In this document: positions 27,151-36,925 of the stretch, one piece after another | Position numbering within the stretch: position 1 is the stretch's first letter | Layout of the letters: each line of letters opens with the position of its first letter | Assembly (NCBI GenBank): GCA_046757525.1 | Contig: JBHHYI010000004.1 | Coordinates: forward strand, 1-58,777 | Reading direction: 5' to 3' | Length of the DNA: 58,777 bases | Source: a bacterium | GTDB taxonomy: Bacteria; Zhuqueibacterota; Zhuqueibacteria; Oceanimicrobiales; Oceanimicrobiaceae | Notes under the pieces: model-generated | What the model was told of the DNA's origin: nothing | The model's input: the letters and a program-made list of their open reading frames with translations, nothing else | Database searches by the model: none | Made by a program: the position numbers and the translations under genes

Positions 27151-29151
27151 ATGCGAATTACGGAGATCGTTTTAACCGCTTTAATCTTGGCTTCGGTGGG
27201 ATTCTTCGCCTGGAGTGTGTTTCGGTTGTTTCGTTTCGTGAAGCTTGGCAAGCCCTCTTACGATCCGGTTGACCATTGGGGCTGGCGAATCAAATCGGTT
27301 CTAAAATATTTCTTCGGCCAGAGGTCGGTGGTGCGCGAGCTGTCCGGTTGGGGCCACTTTTTCATCTTTTGGGGATTCATGATCCTGGGCCTGGCTACCA
27401 TCGAGATGTTCGTGCGCGGCTACGTGCCAGGTTTTAATTGGGGCCAGGTTCTGGGCCACACCATCGATGCGGTTTTTGTGACCCTGTTCGATTTCTTGGG
27501 ATTGGCGGTTTTGGTCGCCATCGTTATTGCTCTCGTTCGACGTTTCATCGTTCAACCCGACCGGTTGCGCAAGGACTTTGCCGCACGGTTTGACGCTACT
27601 TTGATTTTAGGAATGATCTTCACGCTCATGATTTCCATGTTCTTTACCAACGCGTTTATCATAAGGAACCAGGGCGCGCTTGCGGGTTTTACGCCGGTTT
27701 CCGACTTGTTTGCGAATTTCGTCGGTCAGAGCAACGATGGAACCCTGCCTGTGGGCTACCAAATAGCCTGGTGGACCCACAATCTGATCATTTTGATTTT
27801 TTTGGCCTACATCCCACACTCCAAACACGTGCATCTCGTGGGTGCCATGCCCAACATCTTGTTGCGAAGATTCCCCTGGGACCGCAAACGCGGAGTGCTC
27901 AAAAAGATCGATTTCGAAACGGTAGATTTTGAAGCCGAAGATGTTTCCTTAGGGGTCGGAAAAATACAGGACTTCACCTGGCCTCAGCTTCTGGACCTGT
28001 ACGCGTGCACGGAATGTGGCCGCTGCCAGGACAACTGTCCTGCCTACCATTCCGGCAAAGCATTGAATCCGGCGCTGCTCATCCACAATTTGAAAGAATA
28101 CTTGAACGAGACCGGCCCATCGTTGCTTTCTGGCAAAGGAGATTCCAATGGCAGGAGTCTTATTGGCGACGTGGTCTCCGAAGACGTCATTTGGGCGTGC
28201 ACAACCTGTCTGGGGTGCGTAGAGAATTGTCCGGTGTTCATCGAGCACGTGGACGATTTGCAGGACATGCGCCGGTATCTGGTCATGGACCAGGCTAAGG
28301 TGTCGCCGGAAGTCTCGAAAACGCTGGAGAACATGGAGAATATTGGCAATCCGTGGGGGCTACCGCACCAAAAACGCACAGACTGGTACGACGGTTTAGG
28401 GGTGTCCATCATGAGCGAGAAGAAAGAGGCAGAGTATTTGTACTGGGTCGGCTGTGCCGCGTCGCTGGACACCAAGAATAAAAACGTTGCGCGTTCCCTG
28501 GTGAAAATTCTGAACGCCGCCGGTGTTGATTTCGCTATCTTGGGATTGGAGGAGAGCTGCACCGGCGATTCAGCGCGTCGCTTGGGGCAGGAATATTTAT
28601 TTCAGATGATGGCCGAGGGCAATATTGAAACTCTGAAGAAATACAAGTTCAACAAGATTCTCACTACCTGCCCGCATTGCTTCAATACCCTGGGGAATGA
28701 GTACAAACAGTTTGGTGGCGACTTTGAGGTCATTCACCACTCGGAATTCATTTCAGGGCTTGTCAGCACTGGAAAAATCAAGCCGCGCAAGAACCTGGAC
28801 AAGCGTGTGACGTATCACGATGCCTGCTACCTTGGCCGACATAACAACATTTACGAGGCGCCGCGTTCGGTTGTGCATTCTGTTGCTGCCGGAGAAGTGG
28901 TGGAAATGAAGCGTTCACGGCAAAAGGCGCTTTGCTGCGGTGCTGGCGGCGGTATCATGTGGATGGACGAAGATCCCGACAAGCGCGTGAATCTGGTTCG
29001 CTTCGGAGACATCGAAGAAGCCAAAGCCGAGGTGGCTGCCACGGCTTGCCCCTTCTGCAACATCATGCTCGATGACGCACGCAAAATGAAAGGAAAAGAA
29101 GAACAGGTCGAAGTAAAGGATATTGCGGAACTGGTGGCAGAGGCTCTGTAA
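27151..29151 (+). CDS. Membrane-bound Fe-S oxidoreductase, FadF/HdrED-like (membrane domain, 2x4Fe-4S, CCG domains)
   Basis: Several hydrophobic helices with HFFIFWGF and PHSKHVH; CTECGRCQDNCP, CTTCLGCVENCP; ESCTGD, YHDACYLGR, CCGAGGG; start taken at ATG 27151. Confidence 0.88.
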   Translation: MRITEIVLTALILASVGFFAWSVFRLFRFVKLGKPSYDPVDHWGWRIKSVLKYFFGQRSVVRELSGWGHFFIFWGFMILGLATIEMFVRGYVPGFNWGQVLGHTIDAVFVTLFDFLGLAVLVAIVIALVRRFIVQPDRLRKDFAARFDATLILGMIFTLMISMFFTNAFIIRNQGALAGFTPVSDLFANFVGQSNDGTLPVGYQIAWWTHNLIILIFLAYIPHSKHVHLVGAMPNILLRRFPWDRKRGVLKKIDFETVDFEAEDVSLGVGKIQDFTWPQLLDLYACTECGRCQDNCPAYHSGKALNPALLIHNLKEYLNETGPSLLSGKGDSNGRSLIGDVVSEDVIWACTTCLGCVENCPVFIEHVDDLQDMRRYLVMDQAKVSPEVSKTLENMENIGNPWGLPHQKRTDWYDGLGVSIMSEKKEAEYLYWVGCAASLDTKNKNVARSLVKILNAAGVDFAILGLEESCTGDSARRLGQEYLFQMMAEGNIETLKKYKFNKILTTCPHCFNTLGNEYKQFGGDFEVIHHSEFISGLVSTGKIKPRKNLDKRVTYHDACYLGRHNNIYEAPRSVVHSVAAGEVVEMKRSRQKALCCGAGGGIMWMDEDPDKRVNLVRFGDIEEAKAEVAATACPFCNIMLDDARKMKGKEEQVEVKDIAELVAEAL

Positions 29152-29247
29152 CGAGGAGCAATCTATATCTGGACCATGTCGACAATTATTCCTGTTTGCG
29201 TCAAAACCCGAGCATAGCGTGGTTGAAACATTTAGGATTGAAAGGTC

Positions 29248-29874
29248 GTGCAATTGATTAACGCGGAAATCGATCGCTATTTGCTGGAGGTTACGCCCCG
29301 GCGTCCGTCCATTTTGCAAGAAATGGAAGCATTGGCCCGGGAACGCAATTTCCCCATTGTCGGCCCGCTGGTGGGTCGGTTGTGTCAGCAAATGGTTCTG
29401 GCAACTGGCGCAAAGAGAATCTTCGAAATGGGTTCCGGGTTTGGTTATTCAGCCTTTTGGATGGCCATGGTCTTGCCAGAAGAAGGCAAAATTATTTGTA
29501 CAGAAAGGTCTCAAGAAAATATTGATTTGGCGACGGCCTTTTTTCGACGTGCAGGTTTACTCGACAAAGCTGATTTTCTACGAGGGGATGCCTTAGACAT
29601 CATTCAGGAAGTGGAAGGACAATTTGACATCATCATGAACGATGTAGAAAAGGAACGCTATCCCCAGGCGTTAGACTTAATGGTGCCGCGAGTTCGAAAA
29701 GGAGGGTTCATCATCACAGACAACATGTTTTGGCACGGTCGTGTGGTTGAGCCCAATCCTGGACCCGACACAATGGGCGTTCTGCAGTACACAAGGCGTG
29801 TTTGTGAATCTAAGGAGCTTTTAACGACGATCATCCCGCTGCGTGACGGGGTGGCCTTGAGTTTGAAAATATGA
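29248..29874 (+). CDS. SAM-dependent O-methyltransferase
   Basis: FPIVG, FEMGSGFGYS, DVEK, DN, IPLRDG. Confidence 0.88.
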   Translation: MQLINAEIDRYLLEVTPRRPSILQEMEALARERNFPIVGPLVGRLCQQMVLATGAKRIFEMGSGFGYSAFWMAMVLPEEGKIICTERSQENIDLATAFFRRAGLLDKADFLRGDALDIIQEVEGQFDIIMNDVEKERYPQALDLMVPRVRKGGFIITDNMFWHGRVVEPNPGPDTMGVLQYTRRVCESKELLTTIIPLRDGVALSLKI

Positions 29875-29976
29875 ATTTCTGAAATAATGTAGAGGAATTC
29901 TTTAAACAAGCTGAGAATTTTATCTTTTTAATGAAATTTGCGAATTCTAACGATTTGCTCAGTATCACGTTTTGAT

Positions 29977-30075
29977 GTCATTCCGACCGAAGGGAGGAAT
30001 CTGGTTTCCCACAAAATTGCGAGTTATTAGTCTTGACCAGATTTCTCATCAGGCATTCGCTTGATTCGAAATGAC
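29977..30075. repeat. REP-like palindromic element
   Basis: gtcattccgaccgaagggaggaatctgg ... ccagatttctc..ttcgaaatgac; same family as the innermost unit at 208-290. Confidence 0.7.
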
Positions 30076-30173
30076 AAAATGAGTTATTTTGCTGAATAAC
30101 CGTAAAGAAAATCTCGTAACAACGCTTTAGATTGGATCCTCATTTCAACTCATAAATTTGGAGAGATTGTCTT

Positions 30174-31520
30174 ATGAGCAAAGTCGACATGGTCATGCCT
30201 CAGATGGGAGAAAGCATTGCTGAGGGCACGATCATAAAATGGCTGAAGAAAGAGGGGGAGAGAGTGGAGCGCGACGAAATCATTCTTGAAATCAGCACCG
30301 ACAAGGTCGATTCGGAAATCCCCTCACCACATGCCGGCGTCATAACGAAAATCCTGGCGCCCGAGGGCGAAACGGTTGCCGTAGGCTCGGTGATCGCTCA
30401 GATCGATTCCGAGGGCAACGGGGAACAAACTGCTGAGCAAGCGAAAGCCCCTGTTGAGGAAGAGGCTGCGCACGTCGAAGTCAAGGCCGCAGCCGAACCT
30501 CAGCCATTGGTAAAGGAAACCGCTGCGGTCACAAGCAAACTCCCTGAGATTGAGCCAGGTGGGTTTGCCACCATTCCGAGAACTAACGGCGCCGGGAAAA
30601 AATTCTACTCGCCCTTAGTCAGGAGCATTGCCAGGGCAGAGAATATCAGCGCAGAAGAGTTAGAGAGAATCCAGGGAACCGGCTTGAGCGGCAGAGTCAC
30701 CAAAAAAGACATACTCAACTACATTGCCACCAGGTCAAAAGTCGCTGCGCCACCAGTACACGCGCCTGCACCGCCCACACCGGCTTATACGCCACCCGCA
30801 CAGCCCGAATATGCCGACGACAAAGTGGAGATCATCCCCATGGACCACATGCGGAAATCCATTGCGGCTCACATGGTGAACAGTGTCAAGACCTCACCAC
30901 ATGTTTTCGCGGTTAGTGAAGCGGATATGACCAACCTGGTCAGATTTCGTGCCAGGAATAAAGACGCGTTCCTGAAGAAAGAGGGATTTAAGCTGAGCTA
31001 CATGCCTTTCATCGTCCAGGCCTGCGCCAGGGCTTTGCACGACTTCCCGCTGGTCAACAGTTCGGTGCAAGAAGACAAAATCATACGCAAGAAACAGATC
31101 AACGTTGGCATGGCCGTGGCCCTGGAAAATAATGGTCTCATTGTGCCGGTCATCAAGGGGGCGGACGGCATGAACATCCTGGGATTGGCACGGGCGGTCA
31201 ACGATCTGGCCACACGCGCGCGCAGCAAAAAGTTGAGTCCGGAAGAAGTTCAGGACGGCACCTTTTCCATCACCAACATGGGCTCTTTTGGCAGCCTCAT
31301 GGGGTTGCCAATCATCAACCAACCGCAAGTTGCGATCCTCGGCGTTGGGGTGATTCAGAAAAGGCCGGTGGTGATTAATGAGGCCATTGCCATCCGTGAC
31401 ATGATGTACATTTCCCTTTCGTTTGACCACCGCATTGTCGATGGCGCTATGGCTGGTCAGTTTCTCGAAAGAATCGCTTACTATTTAACAAATTATGACA
31501 CCGACAATTTAACCCTGTAA
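30174..31520 (+). CDS. Dihydrolipoamide acyltransferase (E2), one lipoyl domain
   Basis: [11 protein letters not shown], lipoyl motif STDKVDSE, E3-binding SPLVR..GRVTKKD, catalytic DHRIVDG. Confidence 0.95.
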   Translation: MSKVDMVMPQMGESIAEGTIIKWLKKEGERVERDEIILEISTDKVDSEIPSPHAGVITKILAPEGETVAVGSVIAQIDSEGNGEQTAEQAKAPVEEEAAHVEVKAAAEPQPLVKETAAVTSKLPEIEPGGFATIPRTNGAGKKFYSPLVRSIARAENISAEELERIQGTGLSGRVTKKDILNYIATRSKVAAPPVHAPAPPTPAYTPPAQPEYADDKVEIIPMDHMRKSIAAHMVNSVKTSPHVFAVSEADMTNLVRFRARNKDAFLKKEGFKLSYMPFIVQACARALHDFPLVNSSVQEDKIIRKKQINVGMAVALENNGLIVPVIKGADGMNILGLARAVNDLATRARSKKLSPEEVQDGTFSITNMGSFGSLMGLPIINQPQVAILGVGVIQKRPVVINEAIAIRDMMYISLSFDHRIVDGAMAGQFLERIAYYLTNYDTDNLTL

Positions 31521-31527
31521 CCAGACT

Positions 31528-32424
31528 TTGTTAGAGACAACTGTAAAAGCAAGTAGCAGAAGTAGGCCGCGTTCAAGAAGGCCTGAGTGGCTGAAGGTCC
31601 GATTGCCCAACGGCAGACAGTTTACCGAGGTGAAACAGATCGTCGAAAGCCATGCTTTGCACACGGTTTGCGAAGAAGCTCGTTGCCCCAACATCGGGGA
31701 ATGCTGGGGACGACGGACCGCGACCTTCATGATTTTAGGCGACACTTGTACCCGAAGCTGTGGCTTCTGCTCCGTTAAGACGGGCAAGCCCCTGTTCTTA
31801 GATCTGGATGAGCCACGCCGGGTGGCCGAGGCGGTAAAGAGGATGGGCCTCAGGCATGCCGTCATTACCTCGGTGAACCGGGATGAGCTTGTCGACGGCG
31901 GTGCTGGAATTTTTGCCGAGACAACCCGACGCATCCGTCTCTTGCAGTCTGACTGCCGAGTGGAGGTTCTGATTCCCGACTTCAAAGGCGACTTGAAAGC
32001 GTTGCAAATCATCGTCGAGGCTCACCCCGATATTTTGAACCACAACACGGAAACCGTGCCACGGCTCTACCGTTCGGTTCGTCCCCAGGGTCGCTACGCC
32101 TGGACCTTGAACATCTTGCAAAGGGCTAAAGAATTGGGGATGGCCACGAAATCCGGGTTGATGTTGGGCCTCGGAGAAACGCTGGAGGAAGTGCTCCAGG
32201 TCATGCAAGATTTGCGCAAGATCAAGGTTGACATTCTGACCCTGGGTCAGTATTTGCAGCCAACCAGGAATCATCTGCCGGTCCATCGATTTGTGCACCC
32301 GGATGAATTTGCCTTGCTCAAGAAAAAGGGGCTGGCGATGGGTTTCGCCTACGTTGAATCGGGTCCGCTGGTGCGGAGTTCTTACCACGCGGAGGAACAA
32401 AGTGTACCTGAGTGCCACTTTTGA
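31528..32424 (+). CDS. lipA: Lipoyl synthase
   Basis: [26 protein letters not shown]. Confidence 0.96.
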   Translation: MLETTVKASSRSRPRSRRPEWLKVRLPNGRQFTEVKQIVESHALHTVCEEARCPNIGECWGRRTATFMILGDTCTRSCGFCSVKTGKPLFLDLDEPRRVAEAVKRMGLRHAVITSVNRDELVDGGAGIFAETTRRIRLLQSDCRVEVLIPDFKGDLKALQIIVEAHPDILNHNTETVPRLYRSVRPQGRYAWTLNILQRAKELGMATKSGLMLGLGETLEEVLQVMQDLRKIKVDILTLGQYLQPTRNHLPVHRFVHPDEFALLKKKGLAMGFAYVESGPLVRSSYHAEEQSVPECHF

Positions 32425-32452
32425 CTTGAATGGCATACGGTCAAAAAAAATC

Positions 32453-32481
32453 TTGACTTTTTACCAATTTCCTATTAAATT
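32453..32481 (+). promoter_or_regulatory. sigma70-type promoter upstream of tRNA-Val/thrS
   Basis: TTGACT (32453-32458), 17 nt, TAAATT (32476-32481). Confidence 0.7.
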
Positions 32482-32586
32482 GTAATTTGAAAAAAAGGCC
32501 TCTTATCGGCATGTGAGCCAACGAGTTATTAACTATCCAAAGGTTAGGATTAGAAGAACTTTCGTGCAATAAATAAAAATTATTCG

Positions 32587-32621
32587 AAGCGTGACCATTT
32601 TATTTATGGCACGCTTTTTTT
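32587..32621 (+). terminator. Intrinsic terminator-like hairpin in the leader of tRNA-Val
   Basis: aagcgtg(a)ccat pairs with atggcacgctt, followed by a T run. Confidence 0.5.
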
Positions 32622-32636
32622 ACATGAATTTATTCA

Positions 32637-32710
32637 GGGCGCTTAGCTCAGTTGGTTAGAGTGCTTGCTTGACATGCAAGAGGTCACTGGTTCAAATCCA
32701 GTAGCGCCCA
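32637..32710 (+). tRNA. tRNA-Val(GAC)
   Basis: Cloverleaf gggcgct/agcgccc, anticodon arm cttgc-tt-GAC-at-gcaag, T loop ggttcaaatcc; CCA not encoded. Confidence 0.96.
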
Positions 32711-32732
32711 CGAAATCAATTACGAGTGAGCG

Positions 32733-34679
32733 ATGTTCGATTCCGAAAAAATAAAAATAGAATTTCCCGACGGCAGCGTGAAGGAATACCCAAAGGGCAT
32801 TCGACCGCAGGACATCATGGAGGACCTGAACAGCCATTCTCTAAAAGCAAAGGCGCTGGTTGCTGAATTAAACGGGAAGCTGGTGGATTTGGACCGTCCA
32901 ATTGTTGCGGATGCAAGCCTGCGGTTTGTCACTCATGACGAATCTAAAGGCTTGGAGACTTATTGGCACAGCACCTCACACATCATGGCACACGCTGTGA
33001 AGGCGCTTTATCCGGAAGCACAATTTGGCGTGGGTCCTGCAATCGAAACTGGATTCTACTACGACATCGACGTGGATTCGCCCATCACTAAAGAGGATCT
33101 GGCCCGTATTGAAAAGAAGATGCAGGAAATCATCGACGCGGACACGCCTTTCCAACGTGGGGAACTTTCCAAGGATGAGGCTGTGGCGCTTTTCAAGCGT
33201 AGAAACGATCGTTACAAGATTGAACTGCTTCAGGACATGAACGACGATCGTCCCAGCATCTACTCTGAAGGCGATTTTGTCGACCTGTGCCGTGGGCCGC
33301 ACATACCTTCGACGGGCAAAATCAAAGCATTCAAGTTGTTGAATATCGCCGGGGCCTATTGGCGCGGGGACGAAAAAAACAAAATGCTCCAGCGCATATA
33401 CGGAGTTTCTTTTCCAAAGAAGAAACAATTACAGGAGCATCTCGAGGCTTTGGAAGAAGCCAAGAAACGCGATCACCGGAAGTTGGGCAAGGAGCTGGAG
33501 CTTTTCTTACTCACCCCTAAGGTTGGCAGTGGACTGCCTATCTGGTTGCCCAAAGGAACGGTGGTGCGAGAGACGTTGGAGAATTTCCTGCGCGAAGAAC
33601 AGAGAAAACGGGGCTACTTACCGGTGATAACGCCCCACATCGGCAACCTGGCGTTGTACAAAACCAGCGGGCACTACCCTTACTACAAAGAAAGCCAGTT
33701 TGAGCCGTTGAAGGGTGAGGGCCAGGAATATTTGCTCAAGCCGATGAACTGTCCGCACCATTTCATGATTTTTGCGTCCAAACCGCACAGCTACCGGGAT
33801 TTGCCCATTCGACTGGCCGAATTCGGCACGGTTTATCGTTACGAACAGTCAGGGGAGTTGAATGGTCTCATCAGAGCCCGCAATTTCACGGTAGACGACT
33901 CTCACATGTTCGTGCGCCAGGACCAGCTCAAAGGGGAGTTGCACCAGGTCATTGAATTGATCAAGTTGGTTTTCAGCACGCTGGGATTTAAGGACTTCAA
34001 GACTCAACTCTCGTTTCGCGAGCCGGCCGATGCCGACAAATATGCTGGCAGCCATGAGCTTTGGGACCGGGCTGAGAGGGACATCCGGGAAGCGGCTGAA
34101 GAGCAGCATTTGGATTTTACTATTGCCCGTGGCGAAGCTGCGTTCTACGGTCCCAAACTGGATTTCATAATTAGGGATGCTTTGCGCAGAGCCTGGCAGT
34201 TAGGCACGGTGCAAGTAGACTATGTGATGCCAGAGCGCTTCAATTTGGAGTACACGGGAAGCGACAATCAAAAACACCGACCGGTGGTCATTCACAGGGC
34301 TCCATTCGGTTCAATGGAACGCTTCATAGGCATCTTGATTGAACATTTTGCTGGCGCTTTTCCCGTGTGGTTGGCGCCGGTTCAGGTGGTAGTCCAGCCC
34401 ATTGTAGACGAAGTTGTTGAGTATGCCCGGGAAGTTCAGCAGGAATTGAAAGCCGCCGATATTCGGGTCGAATTAGACGATCGCAACGAAAAGATCGGCC
34501 ACAAAATACGCGAAGCCGAGACGCAGAAAATTCCCTATATGCTGATCGTTGGCAAAGAAGAAGTTGCCCAACGTCTCGTTTCCGTGCGCAAAAGACACCA
34601 GGGCGACTTGGGGAAGCAAACTTTGGGGGAATTCAAGCAAAGGATTAAGGCAGAGATCCAGAAGAGAACACTCATCTAA
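32733..34679 (+). CDS. thrS: Threonine--tRNA ligase
   Basis: TGS domain, HSTSHIMA, DLCRGPH, RDHRKLG, KPMNCPHH, HRAPFGSMERF. Confidence 0.98.
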   Translation: MFDSEKIKIEFPDGSVKEYPKGIRPQDIMEDLNSHSLKAKALVAELNGKLVDLDRPIVADASLRFVTHDESKGLETYWHSTSHIMAHAVKALYPEAQFGVGPAIETGFYYDIDVDSPITKEDLARIEKKMQEIIDADTPFQRGELSKDEAVALFKRRNDRYKIELLQDMNDDRPSIYSEGDFVDLCRGPHIPSTGKIKAFKLLNIAGAYWRGDEKNKMLQRIYGVSFPKKKQLQEHLEALEEAKKRDHRKLGKELELFLLTPKVGSGLPIWLPKGTVVRETLENFLREEQRKRGYLPVITPHIGNLALYKTSGHYPYYKESQFEPLKGEGQEYLLKPMNCPHHFMIFASKPHSYRDLPIRLAEFGTVYRYEQSGELNGLIRARNFTVDDSHMFVRQDQLKGELHQVIELIKLVFSTLGFKDFKTQLSFREPADADKYAGSHELWDRAERDIREAAEEQHLDFTIARGEAAFYGPKLDFIIRDALRRAWQLGTVQVDYVMPERFNLEYTGSDNQKHRPVVIHRAPFGSMERFIGILIEHFAGAFPVWLAPVQVVVQPIVDEVVEYAREVQQELKAADIRVELDDRNEKIGHKIREAETQKIPYMLIVGKEEVAQRLVSVRKRHQGDLGKQTLGEFKQRIKAEIQKRTLI

Positions 34680-34803
34680 GTTTTCGTTGCAAAATGCCAC
34701 CTCTCATGGCTTGCCCGCTTCAACCATGCGAGAATGGCAGCAGAAGGAGGCAAGGCCTGGGGATTTTGCAATTGAAACGAAACTAAAATGAAGGGAAACT
34801 ACT

Positions 34804-35313
34804 ATTAGTAAGAGACCGCCGCGCGTAAATGACCAAATAAAGGCTTCAAAGGTACGCCTGATCGGTACTGATGGTGAGCAAATTGGAATTTTGGCCATCG
34901 CTGAAGCTTTGGATATTGCAGGAGAACGCGGACTGGACATTGTGGAGGTTTCGTCAGAGGCTGCTCCCCCAGTTTGCAAGTTGATGGATTACGGCAAGTT
35001 CAAGTATAAGCAAAGCAAGAAAGAGAAGACCACCAAGAAGAAACAACATGTCATCAACATCAAAGAAATCCGTATGCGTCCCAAGACGGAGGAGCACGAC
35101 TACAATTTCAAGATTAATCATGCCAGAAAGTTCCTTGAAAAGGGAAACAAGGTGAAAGCCACCGTCCGGTTCCGGGGAAGGGAAATGGCTTATCAGGAAT
35201 TCGCCCGAAGGCTCCTGGTTAGAATGGCTAACGACCTTGAAGATATTGCCAAGATGGAGAAAGAACCAGAAATGGAAGGGCGAACCATGATTATGATATT
35301 AACAAAAAAGTAA
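34804..35313 (+). CDS. infC: Translation initiation factor IF-3 (ATT start)
   Basis: In-frame ATT at 34804 after aaggga gives [35 protein letters not shown]; the ORF track start at 34891 is internal. Confidence 0.95.
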   Translation: MSKRPPRVNDQIKASKVRLIGTDGEQIGILAIAEALDIAGERGLDIVEVSSEAAPPVCKLMDYGKFKYKQSKKEKTTKKKQHVINIKEIRMRPKTEEHDYNFKINHARKFLEKGNKVKATVRFRGREMAYQEFARRLLVRMANDLEDIAKMEKEPEMEGRTMIMILTKK

Positions 35314-35329
35314 CTATTCAGGAGATTAC

Positions 35330-35521
35330 ATGCCAAAACTCAAGTCAAAGCGTGGTGCTGTAAAGAGATTTAAGATTACCGGCACCGGGAAGATCAAACG
35401 CTACAAAGCTTACAAGAGTCACATTCTCACCAAGAAAAGCGCCAAGAGAAAGAGGAATCTAAGAAAATCAACCCTGATCGCTGCATCCGATGAGCGGCGC
35501 GTCAAGAAAATGATCATTTAG
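35330..35521 (+). CDS. rpmI: 50S ribosomal protein L35
   Basis: [27 protein letters not shown]. Confidence 0.97.
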   Translation: MPKLKSKRGAVKRFKITGTGKIKRYKAYKSHILTKKSAKRKRNLRKSTLIAASDERRVKKMII

Positions 35522-35533
35522 AGAGGAGGTAGA

Positions 35534-35881
35534 ATGCCCAGGTCAAAATATAGCGTAGCATCGCATAGGAAGAGAAAGAAAATCCTGAAACAGGCCAAAG
35601 GATATTGGGGCGGCAAAAGCAGGCTTCTCAAATCGGCCAAAGAGAGCGTCGACAAGGCTCTCCAGTATTCTTATCGCGATAGAAGGCAAAGAAAGCGAGA
35701 ATTTCGCAAGCTCTGGATTTTGAGAATAAACGCTGCGGCGCGTCAAAACGGGGTAAATTATTCCGCTTTCATCCGGGGGTTGAAGGACAAAAACATTCAG
35801 ATCAATCGCAAGCTATTGGCGGATTTGGCAGTGCACGACCCAGAGGCTTTTAAGGATCTGGTACAATTCACGCAAAACTAA
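35534..35881 (+). CDS. rplT: 50S ribosomal protein L20
   Basis: [30 protein letters not shown]. Confidence 0.98.
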   Translation: MPRSKYSVASHRKRKKILKQAKGYWGGKSRLLKSAKESVDKALQYSYRDRRQRKREFRKLWILRINAAARQNGVNYSAFIRGLKDKNIQINRKLLADLAVHDPEAFKDLVQFTQN

Positions 35882-35886
35882 AGCTG

Positions 35887-36915
35887 ATGTCAAATCACTT
35901 AGATAAAATATTAGAGGCGTTAGAGGATCTAAGAAATGACTTCAAGGCACATCTGAATAAGGTGAGAAGGCTGAGTGAGCATGAGGAGATTCGGGTAAGA
36001 TACTTGGGGCGCAAAGGTGAGCTCGCCCGGTACTTTAAACTGATGAACACGCTTTCCCCTGAAGATCGCCCAAAATTTGGGGAAGCTTTAAACAGAGTCA
36101 AGAAAAGCATTCAGGACGATCTGACGTCTTTGCACGCTTCACTCATCAGCCAGGGCAGAAAAAGTGCGTATGTCGACTTGACCCTTCCGGGAATACCCCC
36201 GGCTGTTGGCTACAAACATCCGCTCATTCAAGTGATGGAGGAAATCAAAGCCATCTTCGTCAGCATGGGCTTTAGCGTCGAGACCGGTCCGGAAGTAGAG
36301 ACAGACTATTACAACTTCGAAGCCCTGAACATCCCTGCGGACCATCCGTCGCGCGATCTTCAGGACACGTTTTATCTGGAAGACGGTCATTTGCTCCGCA
36401 CGCACACATCGCCGGTTCAGATTCGTACCATGGAGAAGCGCAAGCCGCCAATCCGAATAATCGCTCCGGGAAGGTGTTTTCGCAAAGACACACCGGATGC
36501 TACGCATTCGCCTGAATTTCACCAGGTTGAAGGGCTGGCCGTGGAGCGGGGTATCACTTTTGCCCATCTCAAAGGCACGTTGTTGGCCTTCGCCAAAAAG
36601 CTGTTTGGTCCGAGCGTGCAGGTGCGTTTCCGGCCGAGCTTCTTTCCTTTCACAGAACCCAGTGCCGAATATGACTTTTCGTGTGTCATTTGCAGCGGCA
36701 AGGGTTGCCGCGTTTGCAAAAACAGCGGCTGGCTGGAGATTTCTGGCGCAGGCATGGTGGACCCAAGGGTTTTTGAATATGTTGGTTACGACCCTGAAAT
36801 TTATACGGGCTATGCCTGGGGCATGGGGGTCGAAAGAATAGCCATGGTAAAGTACCAAATCGATGACATCCGTCATTTTTACGAAAATGACCTGCGCTTT
36901 TTAGAACAGTTTTAG
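35887..36915 (+). CDS. pheS: Phenylalanine--tRNA ligase alpha subunit
   Basis: HPSRDLQDTFY, LRTHTSPVQ, FPFTEPS, CxxCxGxGCxxC. Confidence 0.98.
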   Translation: MSNHLDKILEALEDLRNDFKAHLNKVRRLSEHEEIRVRYLGRKGELARYFKLMNTLSPEDRPKFGEALNRVKKSIQDDLTSLHASLISQGRKSAYVDLTLPGIPPAVGYKHPLIQVMEEIKAIFVSMGFSVETGPEVETDYYNFEALNIPADHPSRDLQDTFYLEDGHLLRTHTSPVQIRTMEKRKPPIRIIAPGRCFRKDTPDATHSPEFHQVEGLAVERGITFAHLKGTLLAFAKKLFGPSVQVRFRPSFFPFTEPSAEYDFSCVICSGKGCRVCKNSGWLEISGAGMVDPRVFEYVGYDPEIYTGYAWGMGVERIAMVKYQIDDIRHFYENDLRFLEQF

Positions 36916-36925
36916 AGAGAATACT

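Noticed and set aside
32487-32636. T-box leader for thrS
   Set aside because: No GGTGGNACC T-box consensus or Stem I motifs
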